The translations under genes were made by a program, and so were the position numbers. DNA of 63,496 nucleotides, filler included, from Octopus bimaculoides (lineage: Eukaryota), in NCBI RefSeq assembly GCF_001194135.2. It is 6 parts of 5 records of this genome, joined end to end, with 100 filler letters (N's around TTAATTAATTAA, not from the genome) between each part and the next. Parts side by side here need not be neighbours in the genome. Positions count along the whole stretch, not along the records: positions 1 to 18,718 come from NC_068995.1; positions 18,819 to 46,977 come from NC_068984.1; 4 more parts are not named here. One strand, 5' to 3'. This document shows positions 12,340-26,431 of the stretch, in pieces (within the stretch, counting starts at the first letter, position 1; each line of letters starts with the position of its first letter). Under the pieces are notes generated by a model. The model was not told where the DNA came from, did not search any database, and saw only the letters and a program-made list of their open reading frames with translations.

Positions 12340-13900
12340 GTTCCCCTGTATCTGATGAGGTATGTTACAGGTATCTAGGGGTGGATGAAAATATATCTTA
12401 CAGTGGGACCTGTAACAAAACAGGTGTCACGAAAGAATATTGCAGTCGAATAAAGAAAATTTGAATCTCAGAACTCTCTGCATTCAATTAAACAGTGGCC
12501 GACAATGTGTTTGCAATGCCAGTACTCATACCAACATTTGGGGTGCTTGATTGGACGCTTGATGAGAACCGAGCCATTGATGTGAAAACCCGAAAAATAC
12601 TAACAATCACACATAATTTCCGCATAATCAGTGACGTAGACCGCCTCTACCTAAAACAAAGCGATAGAGGCTTAACATCGATCCAAAATGTCTTTGAATG
12701 TCGTATCATATCCCCTCGTCAACATCTTGTAACCACCAACTGTGCATCGAAGTGCATCCCTTGACCAAGTTTGCATACATGAGGCTGATAACATCATAAG
12801 ACTAGGAAGGCAGCTCCTTGAGGAACACTCTGTCTGATAACGTTAAATATATGCCCAAAGAAGTCGCATGACTCTATCGCAAAGTATCATCAGATAAAAG
12901 GATGAGCGTATATGAGTAGAAGGTCATGCATGGATATATTCGTAGAAAGTTCTGTGATGATAGTAACATCGATCATCAAAGCAGTTTATCGTGGAGCAAT
13001 AGCCGAATTACTATCTCCCACTTTGAAAGGTATGCGTTTTCAATCCAGGAAGAGGAAACATCAACCAAGTACCTGATTCACAAAAGGGATAGAGATGCAG
13101 GTAAAGCCGTCTTGTGTGACAACCGAAGCAGACTTTGTGGAGTTCACACTGAAGATATCACCCACATCATAAGCAGTTGTCCGAAAATGTCATCACGGTA
13201 CTATCTACCGATGAGACATGACGTTGTAGCTAGAACACTATAATGAAATCCATCGGAAGGATAATCCCGAGGACAAAGAAATAACATCCCACAATATGGT
13301 AGAAGCCATAGCCACTCATAATGAAAAGAAATACCAGTGAAAACCTCAATAAAATGTAAGCACAACAGACCTGATATAATGACTTGGGATAGAGAAGAGA
13401 AACTGTGCACAATTGTGGAAATTAGCTGCCCAGTGGATGTTAACATAAAGCTGAAGGTCAGTGAAAAAAAGAACACCTATGCTGAACTATTGCGAAATCT
13501 AAAGTTACTTTATCCAGATTATAAATTCCGGTTCATACCTCAATTTATTATTGGGGCTCTGTAGATTGGTACTACCTAAGTACCAATCTTGAGAAATTAG
13601 GCTTCTCAAAACCAGAAAGGAGAAAGCTAAATCCAAGACTACAGATCCAATTCATCACTAGATCTGTAAAAACCTGAAAAACTTTCCAGAAGTTTATCAT
13701 TTAAACATATATGAGCATGTCTAGATAAGCAACTATGTGCATGAGAATACATACATAAAACATACATACATACATACATACATACATACATACCCTGTTG
13801 TTGATGTTTAAATTCCAATGAAGGAGCCTTGGATCTAGGTTAGAAACCGATTCCTTCTCTATTGGCAAGAAAAATTGAAATCGACTGAATAATGACATAT
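12340..13900 (+). mobile_element. R4/Dong-clade non-LTR retrotransposon, 5'-truncated pseudogene
   Basis: RT C-terminus (YLGVDE..KEY.SRI..SELSAFN..N.FAMPVL..FG..W...DVKTRK.LT..SDVDRLY), CCHC-type knuckle (RLCG..EDITHIISSC..RHD.VA) and RLE (HNRPDIMTWD..IVEISCPVDVNI..EKK..Y..IGAL), with several stops and frameshifts. Confidence 0.88.
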
Positions 13901-15589
13901 ATTAACTCACGATAGACTTCATCAAGAACATTTCTATAAAATAAAGACAATTAGGAAATTTTGGGAAATTTTAGATATTTTCAGATATATTTTGTTTTAG
14001 AATTCTTCTTCAACACTGTTATATCCTACTTGAATGACAATTTATTCCCAACCTGATGATTTCAGAGCTAATAAAAAACGATGAGTACAATCGGAGGTTG
14101 CAAGAACCTTAGCCTAGTCGCCTTAAAGACAAAAGGAGTGGCTGAAATTAGTGGTTCATACAAACAAAACTTGGAATAAAAAATATTATTGCACTCTGTC
14201 TAGCGCTAATTAATTCTTAACTTATTTCACTCTATTCTATTGTAAAATAACCATCTTTTAATTTTACATATATCGGTATACATACATACACACATACACA
14301 CATACACACGTACATACAGACAAATCCATATACGCACAGACACACGCACACACAAAGACATATTTTCCATATATGTGTAGGTATGTATGTGTGCATATAT
14401 GTATGTATGCATGTATGTATGCATATATGTATGTATGTATGTATGGATGTATGTATGTATGTATGTATGAATAGGCTTGTGTTCGTGTATGTGCATGTGT
14501 GTGCATTTATTTAGATTTGTTTTCTTTCATCGATTTTTCAATTAGATATTTTGCTTGTTTGGAAGAAAATAAACGCATGCGTATTTCTAGATTTTATGTT
14601 AGTGAGATTACAGGATTATGTGACTTTATCCAATATAGCTACCACAATACACAATTCAAAACTATTTAGTATATCCAGTTTCGCTTTAGATCATACAGAT
14701 ATTTTTGTATTTCCCTTCGCAGTTTTCCTTTACTATCCGTCCATAACCATTTCTCCAAAGAATATTCTGGTTTCTTGATGTTTTGCTCTAAATATTCTTC
14801 TATTTTTCATATTCTTTTTTATGTTATTATTATACTTTTTTTAATATATTTTCTTTTGGTTTTTATTTTTCTCAATTAATCCGCTTTTTTGTAGATGTTT
14901 TTTGAGCATTCTGAATTTTTTTTTCTTTTATGATTTTCATTTAATAAAAATTCGAATACATTCTATAGTGGAGAATGAATCTTCGAATAATGTGGTAAAG
15001 ACGATGTGTTCACGATGAAACAAGAAAATATACATGAATACATCAAAGGAGTCTCGAATAGAATGGAGAGATATCAGGTGAAATGAAAAAAAAAAGAGAG
15101 AGAAAGAATAAATAAGGTAGGGTGCATAGACAGAAAAAGAAGAGGAATACGCACATACTCGTACAGGTAGAATGATAAAAAAAATGAGGGTGAGAGGTGG
15201 AACAAAATGCATATCAATGCGTTGCTATGTCTGTATGCCGCAATGTTAAAGAGATTATTTGGCTCTGTATGTGTGCAATGTATGTGTTAGTGATCGTGTA
15301 TGAAGGACGTAGCAAATTAAAAGCATCAAAGGAGATATGCTGGATGAAAATATGAAAAGAAAGCAATATATGAGAGAGCGAAAAATATTATATAGATTTA
15401 TGATAATTTGATGAGGAAGCAAAGAAAGATAGACAATAACCTACAATAAGAGAAACAGAAAAAGGGCTATCAAATAATACACGTGTTTCATTGGCTTGCT
15501 AACAAAGAATTGAATAGACCTGAGTGAGAGAGTAAATTGTGAAAGAAAGAGAGGAAAATAATGAAATGGCGTTAGACAAAATGAAGAAA

Positions 15590-15922
<333 letters not shown>

Positions 15923-17000
15923 TTAGTTTGACAATCTATTCCGAGTTTACGCTATTGGCTATTCATAAACCACAGTTGTGCAGAGCCACGAGCAAAATCT
16001 GGGTAGGCGGTCATATTTTGAAAATTCAAATATATCAATCTTCAAGAAGAATTAGAAAATGATAAAGCATCAAACTCAGAGTTACAATTTATGTGTCATA
16101 AAAAGGTTTTATCAATTTATATGCCCATATGTATATACCTATGTCTGTGTTTATGAATATATCCCACGCAAATTATGCATTGTGTACTCTATTTTCATTC
16201 ATATAAAGAAGTTACATGTAAGCGTGGATATGAGTGTTGTGTTATTTATACATCTCTGTGAGTGCATATGTATTGTGTACAGTTTTGTGCATATATTGAC
16301 AGAAAAAAGACAAAAATTAAAAGGGTGAAATTTAAAATTCGAAATGAGTATGCTATTCTATCGTAGAAAAGTGTCAGAAATTATATTATGCTGGGAGGTG
16401 AAAATGATAACAAAGTGGTTGTTAAAAACGCGGAAGAGAAGAAAATGAAATCAGTAAGTGCAATAACAAAATTAAAATTTGTTGAGGTCACAACATTGAT
16501 AAAGTTGATTTAAAATAATGCTTCCCGTGAAATATAACAGGCTACGAATTACAGAAGGAAGCAATAACAAATATCGTTGGAAATCATGAAACAAGAAGTA
16601 AAGGACATTCGCTGAGAGTAGTTATGCATGTAATTGTATATTTAAAATAGAAATAGAAAATATAAATAGGGCTAGATGCAGCTTAGAACAGAAGTACGGG
16701 AACTTGAAGAATGTAATATTTATTACACACATGAAAATGTGTAGCTGGAATTTATAATCAAACGACTTATATATACGTGTGTGTGTGCGTGTGTATGTAT
16801 ATATATATACACACACACACACACATATATATATAACGTCAAAGACTTTCCGTATTCCCGAGCGTCATACTAATATATACTTTTGTTATTTACACCACCT
16901 GTCCTCGTCTGTTGTTATTTTTTGTATATTCTCCCATATATATATATATATATATACATTCATGCATATATACATACACATATATGCATATACATATATA

Positions 17001-17050
<50 letters not shown>

Positions 17051-18718
17051 CACATTATATACATGCATACATATATACATATATATACATATGTGTGGGG
17101 GTGAGTTGGTGATTATATGCGAATGTGTGATGCGAGAAAATGTAGCATTAAAAGACAAGAATAAAGAGTAAATGATTAATGAAATACATATTTCGAAAGA
17201 AAAACGCAACGGAAGAATTGGAAACAAGGAAAAGAAATGTAACAAAACAATATGAATTCACAATTTCAAGTATAAATGAAAATATCAAGAAATGTGTTGC
17301 AACTGAAGAAAAGAGAGAAATTCACGAAAATAGAAGGAGGATAGATCGAATATCTAAATTGATAAAAAGGAAAAAAAAACCTGAAAGAGAGAGATAGGTT
17401 TTGCAAAGTATGAAAAATTACAAATAACGAAGGAAAGACTAGTGTAAAAGGAAACTTCGCTTGGGAATTTGACATCAAGTCGATCTCTGCGTCACTCTTT
17501 TGGCGTTTGTCGGCATCTTGTGTCAGGTGACCACTTAATTATCTGATTATCAAGGGAGTATAAGAGTGACAGGTATACCACTGGGAAAACCAATATATGT
17601 TCGTTGAGCAACACGCGATACACATCAGCAGACAGAGGAACCTCGAAATTACATTAGCTATTGCCTAGAACGGAAAGTCTCAGTAGAAAACCGATTATCA
17701 GACACGTCTGTCTCCCACCCACCACATCTGTTTTGCATGTAGGGATGAGTGGAATTTAGTGAGGGTGAGTAGGTGTTTTCAGTTCAGCTAATTTTCATTT
17801 ACTTTCCCACAGGTAATTTGTCAATTGTTGTCTATTTTAATATGGCGTTAAGTGATGTGCCGAGTTATGAAATTGAACTTCTGGAGGTTGAAATTGGCTT
17901 CACAAAAGGAAAGAATAGAGAAAGTAAAAACGAATTAAGAAATGGGATTTCGAGAATGTCGTATACGCTGGAAGAATGACAGGAATATTGAATAAATGCG
18001 ATTTGGTTTAATTTACCTTCATAAATATTAAAGGATAACCAATCAGTTAAACAATCTAAATCCATCAAATGGAAACCATAATAAAGTATTTTTCGGATAC
18101 CACGTGTAATATATTATGGTTGCATTGTGTCGTCTATGGATTAATATCATATGAACGAGAAAGAATACAGCATGCATGCTAAAAAACATGACGCAACGTT
18201 CATGAGATACGTGAAGGCAAAAAGTTACGCCCGTTTGAAATTTCTAAAGCATGATAAGAAAATTTCTAAAACGTGATAAGAAAGCAATAATTTTGAATAT
18301 GTGAATTACGATGTTCACCGTTTTCGGATATGAAAGTGTCCTGCCAAAAATCTAGAGCTTTATGGTTGGAGGACGGTAGACGTTTTAAAAATGCATTATG
18401 GAAGAAATAGTTAAGTATATCGGAATAATTGAACCTAAAGGTAGAAACTTCAAATGAAGAAAATAATAAATGACTGGTATATCTGAATGATAAGTTTCAA
18501 AAGCGCAAAAGGACCGGTTGCTAGATGTCCTTTTAAACTTGAAATTTTAATTGTTGGTATGACATAGTATGTCATAAGTGTCTGTATATTGTCTTTATTG
18601 TCCTTTTGGTTGTAAAATAAACGGATTAATCAACAGAATACAGTGTCTGCAAGTTGATGAGTACCTCATATTCCCCTCCATTTTGTTATTGCTATATATA
18701 TATATATATATATATATA

Positions 18719-18818
18719 NNNNNNNNNNNNNNNNNNNNNNNNNNNNNNNNNNNNNNNNNNNNTTAATTAATTAANNNNNNNNNNNNNNNNNNNNNNNNNN
18801 NNNNNNNNNNNNNNNNNN
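18719..18818. other. 100-bp scaffold-join pad with six-frame stop linker
   Basis: 44 N + TTAATTAATTAA (18763-18774) + 44 N. Identical pads at 46978-47077, 56765-56864, 59587-59686 and 61602-61701. Confidence 0.92.
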
Positions 18819-19015
18819 GGACTGGTGTTGGTTTATTTATGTCCCTGTGACTTAACAATTTCGCAAAAATGTGTGATAGAATAAATACCAGACATAAAAC
18901 AAAATAACTACTAGTGCCAATTTGCTCAACTAAAATCCCTTCAATGCAATGACCCCAGCATGGCTACAAATTAAATGACTGAAATATAAAAGATACTATT
19001 TCATAGTAATTCCAA

Positions 19016-19172
19016 TCAAGATAGGAAGGGCATCCAGCTGTAGAAACTCTGCCAAATTAGATTGGAGCCTGGTGTTGCCATCCGGTTTCACCAGTCCTCA
19101 GTCAAATCGTCCAACCCATGCTAGCATGGAAAGCGGACATTAAACGACGATGATGATGATGATGATGATGAT
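19016..19172 (+). mobile_element. SINE/RTE-like 3' tail with (GAT)n end (abundant family)
   Basis: GGAAGGGCATCCAGCTGT...CAACCCATGCTAGCATGGAAAGCGGACATTAAA(CGA/TGA)n. Related copies at about 19315-19510(-), 22340-22430, 24730-24915, 31160-31450(-) and 33395-33700. Confidence 0.75.
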
Positions 19173-20243
19173 ATTTAATTCTAGAAACATATTTCACCTC
19201 GTATTGAAGAATAGGTCTTCTGAGAAAATTACTTTTGATAAAGTGACTTCCTAATTAAGGATGTGATTAATTTATCTTAAGCTACATAATCCTGAGTCAA
19301 GTAGCTGTTATATCATCATTATCATCACCACTTAACGCCTGGACAACTTGACAGGAGCTGTCCAAGTTCCATTTGCCTGTTTTCGCATGATTTCTATGGC
19401 TGGATTCCCTTCCTAATGCCTACCATATTACAGAGTGTACTGAGTATTTTTACATGACACCGGTACAGGTGCATTTATGTGGCACTGGTACAGGTGCTTT
19501 TATGTGGCACCAGCACATGATAGGTTTCCTTGAATGATATTTATCTGTAATTCAAATGGTCAGCTTTATCATGCTGTTCTTGCCTGAAGATTCAAGGTCC
19601 TGTGTAACATTCAGCCTTAATATAATATTAGTTGTTAGTTTTATCAATGTTTGTGTTAGTTCATTTTATTGATTTTCAGTTTGTTTTGCATATGAAATGA
19701 CAATCTATAGATTTCCAGTTAAGCAGTTCTTCATATTTGGCTGTTCAATTGGATCTGATAGTTCTGTTAGAATTAGCTAAGAATTTATTTTCATTGTATC
19801 TCTTTTTAATTTACTTCGATTTGTTATTTACTTTAGCTTTGGTGGAAGTGTGCTATTTTCTTGCCATTACAGAAATTAGATTAACTGGCAATCTGGTTTA
19901 CCAAAGAATTTCAGTATTGTTGATGTCATCATCATCACAAAATAGAATATCCCTGGGTTGAAAATACTGAAGTATTTCTTTTGTTTAAGGGTGGACTTAT
20001 GATTTAGAATACTGATAATGAAATTGCTCTCGCACCTTTCAATATATGATGTATGGGTTTTGGTGTCTCCGGGACCTGAGATAGTTTAAAATTTCGACTT
20101 TAGATAAGTTCTTCAAGGGACGTAACTCTATATTTAGGCAATCGCAGTTATTTCCCTTGTTAAATAGGGTTTTCTCCTTTGCTATCTCTTTTTCTCTCTC
20201 CCCCTCCCCCCCTCTCTCTCTCTTTATATTTTATCGGTACCCA

Positions 20244-22230
20244 TACAGAAATCCCTCGCTTTATGGAAATATTGCGTTCCTGAAAATCTGGCCGTAACGC
20301 AAAATCCCGTAATGCGAAATTGTTTTTCCTATTCACGAGTGAGATTGCGTTCCTAAGGACATTTTTGATAAAAATAAAAATCACAAGTAAACAAAAGAGA
20401 ACAAGCAACACGATAGTTTTTATGCATGAAAATAACAATCTCTAAACATACACAGTACAATATAGATAAATAAAACGCAAAAATATTTCATGAGGAATAC
20501 GTTAGGGAACTAATAAGAATAGTAATATTGTAAAAGTATGTTCTAACCACAAAAGATGTTGACTACTGTGTGAGGGGTGGTGGTGGAATGTGAGTTACTA
20601 GGAGGATGAGGGACTATTTTCTATTACCAACAACAGCTTGAGGGCTGAAGAACTTATCCAAAGTTGTTTGTTGTTTTTGACACATCATCTCTTTGTACAA
20701 CCCAGTATAGGAACTCTTTTTGTAATTTCTATGTTATGTTCATGATTAGGATCATGTTCATGTTATGTTCAAGATCAGCAAAAACCTGCAAACTTACTTT
20801 GATAAGTGCCAACCCTTTAACAATAATTTTTGTAGTCAGTTTAAGTGGTGTAGGTGAAATTTCCATGGTCTCATGTATTCTCAGTTCTTTTTCTATCAGT
20901 TTCAGCTCTTTGTTAGATAAACTTTCTCTCTAGGACACAAGAAACCCAATCACATCATTCTCTATGACTTCTTTGAATCTTACATCCTTTGCAAGTGTCA
21001 CAATATCTTTCTGAATTTGATGTAGACTTTCTACTTGAGGAAAACTTGTAATGTCACAGATACATTCTAGTCATATGCTTCAAAGTTGAGGGTTTCACTT
21101 CATTACACAGCATACATTATGTTGAATTTCTTATAGAAACCGCTAAGTGTAGGTTGATCCACTTTGTCAATTGCTTTCATAAGATGTTTCAAAGTTCTTT
21201 TCACATAATATGCTTTGAGGTTAGCTTGATCCATTAGCTTCAGCAAAGAAGTTGTATTCTTGGGAATATATTTTACTCTCACATTATCAGAAAGGCCATC
21301 TAAGTTTGCTGGATGGCTTGGTGCATTGTCTAAAAGAAGCAACACTTTGTTGGAGATAGGATGTCTGGTACTGCACCCTTCTATGGCATAACAAAACAAG
21401 GAAAAAAAAGAAAATATTTGGAAACCACTCTTTGAAAAGGTTCTTAGCCATCCATGCTTTCTTATTTGAATGCCAAATCAGACAGAGTAAGCTTTGTGTA
21501 ACCGTTAAAAGCTCTTGAATTTTCAGAGTGATACATGAATAGGGGTTTTAATTTCATATCACCTGCAGCATTTCCTCTCAAAAGAAGTTCCAGATGGTTT
21601 TTGGAAGCTTTAAATCCTGGTGTTGATTTTTTCCTTTTTGAGGAATAAAATTTCTAACAGGCAGGTACTTCCAGATAAGTGCAGTTTCATCAACATTGTA
21701 TACTTGCTCTGGTGTGTAAACCCCTCAGCAATCATTATCCTCAGCTGCTCAGGATAATTAGTAGCAGCCTCTGTGTCAGCACTCACAGTTTCATGTGCTT
21801 CTTAAACCTTTCAAACTAGCGAAAAGGGTTTTTTATTTGAAGTTTCACCTTCTTTTTTCTGCAAATCATTGAATAAATGTTTGGCATTTTTAAAAATTAC
21901 CATCGTGTTTATTGGTACATTACACCAATTCTGATCCTCAACCCATACACTCAAGGGTCATTCCATTTTAAGCATTACATTAGATCTATGGAAAAAAATA
22001 AGGCCAGGCAGTTAATGGAGTAGCTTCTGGAACACTTGACATGATTTTCTCTGTCACGTAATGTTCCCACTGTAGACATAGCAAAATTTAATGTGTTGGC
22101 AATGTAACTTAGTTTTCCTCCTGCATCAAGTCTTTTTATAGCATCAAATTTAATATCTAGTGTAATCTCTTTACAGTTCCTTTTCATGCTACTGCCTTCA
22201 GTTCTGCTCAATAGCTTCTTTCCAGATATT
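20244..22230 (-). mobile_element. Tigger/pogo DNA transposon, degenerate (CENP-B-type HTH plus DDE_1)
   Basis: N-terminal psq-HTH KRNCKEITLDIKFDAIKRLDAGGK..IANTLNFAMSTV; DDE KVLLLLDNAPSHP..VKYIPKNTTSLL..MDQ; one Tigger-type end TA-CAGAAATCCCTCG at about 20244. The other end was not found. Confidence 0.85.
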
Positions 22231-22628
22231 TTAAATGGAAGGTAAATTCAATTGCAGCAGCAATTAATTATCTGTAACAAACATATAGTAAAAAGAATTG
22301 GGAAAATTTGCCTTACTTGGAAACGGATGATGACTGGTGACAGGCAGGGCATCCAGCTATAGGAAATATGCCTCAACAGTATTCATCCAATACATGTATG
22401 GAAAAGTGGACGTAAAATCAATGAGGATGATGTATATATTTGTATGATTTATTTCAGATCAGTTATATTGATGGGCAGAAAACTCAGTTTTAACAATTTT
22501 ATTTTTTGTTTGTTCTGTATCAGTTTTTTTCCAAAATTGTTATTCTTCTGTTAAAGCGCATCAGTTTCTGTCTAACTTTTTTTAATATATTTATTAATAT
22601 ATTTTTTCTGCCTCCTGTTTTCTTATAG

Positions 22629-22787
22629 CCTACCCTATCAACCCGTGGATGGGTGGTGAATCCTTTCAAGAACCCCTGGTGGACAATACTTGCTGCCATT
22701 ATCCCTGCCATGCTATGCACCATTCTTATCTTTATGGATCAGCAGATTACTACTGTCATTGTAAATAGAAAAGAAAACAAACTGAAA
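22629..22787 (+). CDS. SLC4A: SLC4 Na+-coupled bicarbonate transporter exon (first exon visible; TM7-TM8 region)
   Basis: tttcttatag|...|gtaagt; [53 protein letters not shown]; phase 0-0. Confidence 0.96.
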
Positions 22788-23365
22788 GTAAGTTTACTAC
22801 ATTTCAGTTTTACTTTAACCCTTTAGCATTCAGATTATTCTGTGAAAATGTAATGCTTATTTATTTACAGTTTTGAATTTGTCCTGCATTATCTTGTAAC
22901 CTTGAAATTTTGATGATGTGATTGTTTATGTGCAAAATGACATTGATTGTTATAATTTTCATATTTTGGTACTAGGCCAGCAAGTTTGACAGGAGGGCAT
23001 AAGTCGATTACATTGACCTCAGTGTTCTGCTGGTACTTGTTTTACATCAATATATGGTTATATTATTTTGTTTTATGCATGTAAATACACACCACCAACT
23101 CCCCTATTACATGCAGCAGTACATAAGTTTGTGGAACTAACATTAAAAACTCCAATGAGAATCTGCATGTTATTAATACAAGGGTTGGCTGAAAAGTGCA
23201 TCGGCTGACCAAGATACTCTCATGGAATGTGACCAAATGAGGTTTATTTTCCAACATAGTCCCCCTTGCAGTCCACACACTTCTTCCATTAGCACTGCAG
23301 TACTTGGATCTCATTGCTGAAGAAGGTTTCATCTTGTTGCTCAAAAATGTTATCAACAGCAGATA

Positions 23366-23700
23366 GGATGAAAGGCAAAGTTGACCTTAGCGGAATTTGA
23401 ACCCAGAATGTAAAGACGGACGAAACACTGCTAAGCATTTCACCTAGTGATTCTGTCAGTTCACCGCCCTCAATCAAAGCATAATATTGATTTCAAATTT
23501 TGGTACAAGGACAGAAATTTCGAGGAGGGAGAGCAAGTCAATTGCGTTGACCCCAGTGCTCAACTGGTACTTATCTTATCAACCCCAAAAAGATGAAAGG
23601 CAAAGTCAACCTCAGCAGAATTTGAACTCAGAATGTAAAGACAAGAAATGCCTCTAAACATTTCGGCTGGTACACTAACAATTCTGCCAGCTCACTGCCT
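23366..23700 (-). mobile_element. Two adjacent tRNA-derived SINE copies (one partial)
   Basis: Minus-strand A/B-box-like heads (GGCAG..AGCTGGCAGAATTG..GAGTTCAAATTC) and a TTGCCTTTCATC body. A mariner-type MITE fragment lies just upstream (about 23178-23365). Confidence 0.7.
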
Positions 23701-23850
23701 TCAATCAAAACATAATATTAACTTTTATCAACATGAAATAAAATTCTCTTTGTTTATCCTTAAATATTTGCATGAAGTAAAATTTTCCAATAATAAAATT
23801 CCTATTTGATTAGTATTTCGTCACTGTTGTTTCTTCCTTGTTTATTACAG

Positions 23851-24029
23851 AAAGGCCATGGTTACCATTTAGATCTCTTTGTAATTGCTACCCTCATTAT
23901 AGTCTGTTCCTTCCTTGGCCTGCCATGGTTCGTGGCAGCCACTGTCCTCTCCATTACACATGTCATGAGTTTGAAAAAAGAATCTCAGTGTACAGCTCCT
24001 GGTGAAAGTCCAAAATTTCTTGGTGTTCG
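23851..24029 (+). CDS. SLC4A: SLC4 exon (TM9-TM10 region)
   Basis: tttattacag|...|gtaagt; [60 protein letters not shown]; phase 0-2. Confidence 0.96.
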
Positions 24030-24445
24030 GTAAGTTACAAAACAATTTTATTGGAGCATTTCACTATTCTACAAAGAGATTAGTTTTCAACTCTATCTCT
24101 CTATCACTGTCTGTCTGTCACTCTCTAATGTTTGGTGTTTTTATTTTCATCAACTTCATTGAAAACAAATATAAAAACTACTCAACAAAGATTGTTATAG
24201 TTATGACTGATGAATTCATATTTCTTTATTATCTTGCACCATAGCTTAGAAACTCTCATACGTAGCATATATATTAATATCAGTACCCCATCATGGCCAC
24301 AGCCACTGGCTGAAACCAATAGAAGTGAAAATATATTGAAAGTATTTAGCAAAATTAAAGGATGTTGTGTAATACTTTCTGTATTAACTCCATAAAATAT
24401 AACACATTGTATAGACAGTTGTTTTAAACTTGCTTTAATGTAGTT

Positions 24446-24526
<81 letters not shown>

Positions 24527-25143
24527 AATATAAAAAGCTGTACTATACATTCAATCATTATTTATTATCATGTATATTGTGTGTACTATTGTGACAAATA
24601 GAATATTATAATGGCTTATTCATTTGACATAAAAAAACTGTGTTGTTTATAATCACAACATAGTGTACCTTATGCATTATACTAACAATAATATCCTGTA
24701 CATTGATAGAAATATATATCTTAGACTAGTGCTAGTGCCACATTAAAAGCACTTGTGCTGGTGTCACAAAAAATGCACCACACTGTGGAGTGGTTGGCAT
24801 TAGGAATGGCATCTAGAACAGACAATGGAACCTAGCATGATCCCTGGTCTTACCAGCTCTTCTCAAACTGTTCAACCCATGCAGGCATGGAAAATGGATG
24901 TTGAATGATGATGATAATAGCTTTACAACATTTCTGGAATGGTAAAGTCAAAGATCTGCCATAGACAATAGATAATCATTTGAAATATCTTGTAGAATTT
25001 AGTTGTATCACTAGTTTTTACTTTGAAATTCTTCCAGGGTTGGCATTATCTTATATTTCTGCTGAGAAGCGAAAATATGTACAGTATTACATAATTTTTT
25101 TTCTCTTTGTGGTGGTTGGAGTCTCTTTCTTTATAAAAATCAA

Positions 25144-25363
25144 CCCTTTTGTTACCAACCCGGCTGAAACCGGTTCTGGCTCTGAGTACAAATGTCTTGT
25201 TTTCATAAGTTTTGAATTAAAATCTTCTATCAAATCTTAGTCACAATTTATGTTCCTAACACTAGCTGAATGATAACTAAGTTATTTTACTAAATTCTTT
25301 GTTATATTTAAAGTAATTGAAAGAAACACAGAGCATCTCAAAATAAATACAGTAACGAAAGGG
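25144..25363. mobile_element. piggyBac-type MITE
   Basis: TIRs CCCTTT(T)GTTAC / GTAACGAAAGGG; TTAA on the right and TCAA on the left. A related half element starts TTAACCCTTTAGCATT at about 22815. Confidence 0.75.
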
Positions 25364-25421
25364 TTAACCTTGTACCTTATCAAATCGAAATAATACTTTT
25401 GCATTTGCCTTTTCTTTTTAG

Positions 25422-25494
25422 GGAACAACGAGTAACTGGTGTCCTTGTATTTCTTATGATTGGCATCTCGGTTACACTAACTCGTGTACTGATG
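25422..25494 (+). CDS. SLC4A: SLC4 exon (TM11 region)
   Basis: tttctttttag|...|gtaagt; (R)EQRVTGVLVFLMIGISVTLTRVLM; phase 2-0, frame-compatible with both neighbours. Confidence 0.95.
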
Positions 25495-26268
25495 GTAAGT
25501 ACTACAAATTAAACATTGAAATGAGCAAATGTTTAGTTATGTTGTATTTACCATAGCAGTTGGACACTGTTGCTGCTAGATATGTAGGTATCCTAGACTG
25601 CATCCAAAATGTGATCATACAATAGGCATAGGTATGTGTTGGAGTTGACAGATCAGTGACAATAGATATTCTTGTTCTGCATAGTGGACTGAACAGTCGA
25701 GCATCACAAGTTGATAGCTGGAGATATATACCTGCCATCTCTGTTCTGTGTTGTGATGTTAACTGTTTAATGGTGTCAGGTTACTTGTTGATATGTTGTA
25801 TGTAGTTTAGTTGTGGCTGGATGTTAGTAATGGTAGGCAGCAATGGTGTTTGGTAGAATGGGAATAATTTCATCATAAGCAAGCAATTCTACTGGGCAAT
25901 CCTGCCTTTCAAGAGCTTTGGTCTATAAAATGACTCACAGCACCTGATGGTATTATGAGAAACTATACAGGCTTCACAACCAAATAACTTTAAGGCTAGA
26001 TTTACACATTCCTTCTGGTGTAAGGGACTGGGAAAACATTACTTCCTGTCCTATTTCATCTGGAGACTCTAGGACCAAAGAAATTCCTCCAATATCACAT
26101 AGAGCATTCTTAGCTGGGGCCCTCCTTACTCGTCTGGAGTTCAGAATTGCTAACTCTGCTTTGTCAGAAACTGCTTATATAACAACAGTTTGCAGTATCT
26201 ATCAACAGGAAATCCAACTTATTGTTTTGTTATCATCCATTCCCCAAAAAGACCACCTTATTCTATCT

Positions 26269-26431
26269 CATTGGTTCTCAACTGCGATCCATATAAGATT
26301 TTGTCATTGAAATTTATGTGCAATTAATTGCCTATATCTCTACAATATTTTAATGTTTTGGCTATGGAGGTCCAGTAGAGTAAAATGGGAATTAAAGGGG
26401 TCTACAGGCAAAAAATGGTTGAGAACCACTA
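26269..26431. mobile_element. hAT (Charlie-like) MITE with 8-bp TSD
   Basis: TIRs CATTGGTTCTCAAC / GTTGAGAACCACTA; TSD TTCTATCT at 26261-26268 and 26432-26439. Confidence 0.85.

Noticed and set aside
12352-12358. Hammerhead core CTGATGA
   Set aside because: Lies inside the LINE coding sequence, with no GAAA or stems.
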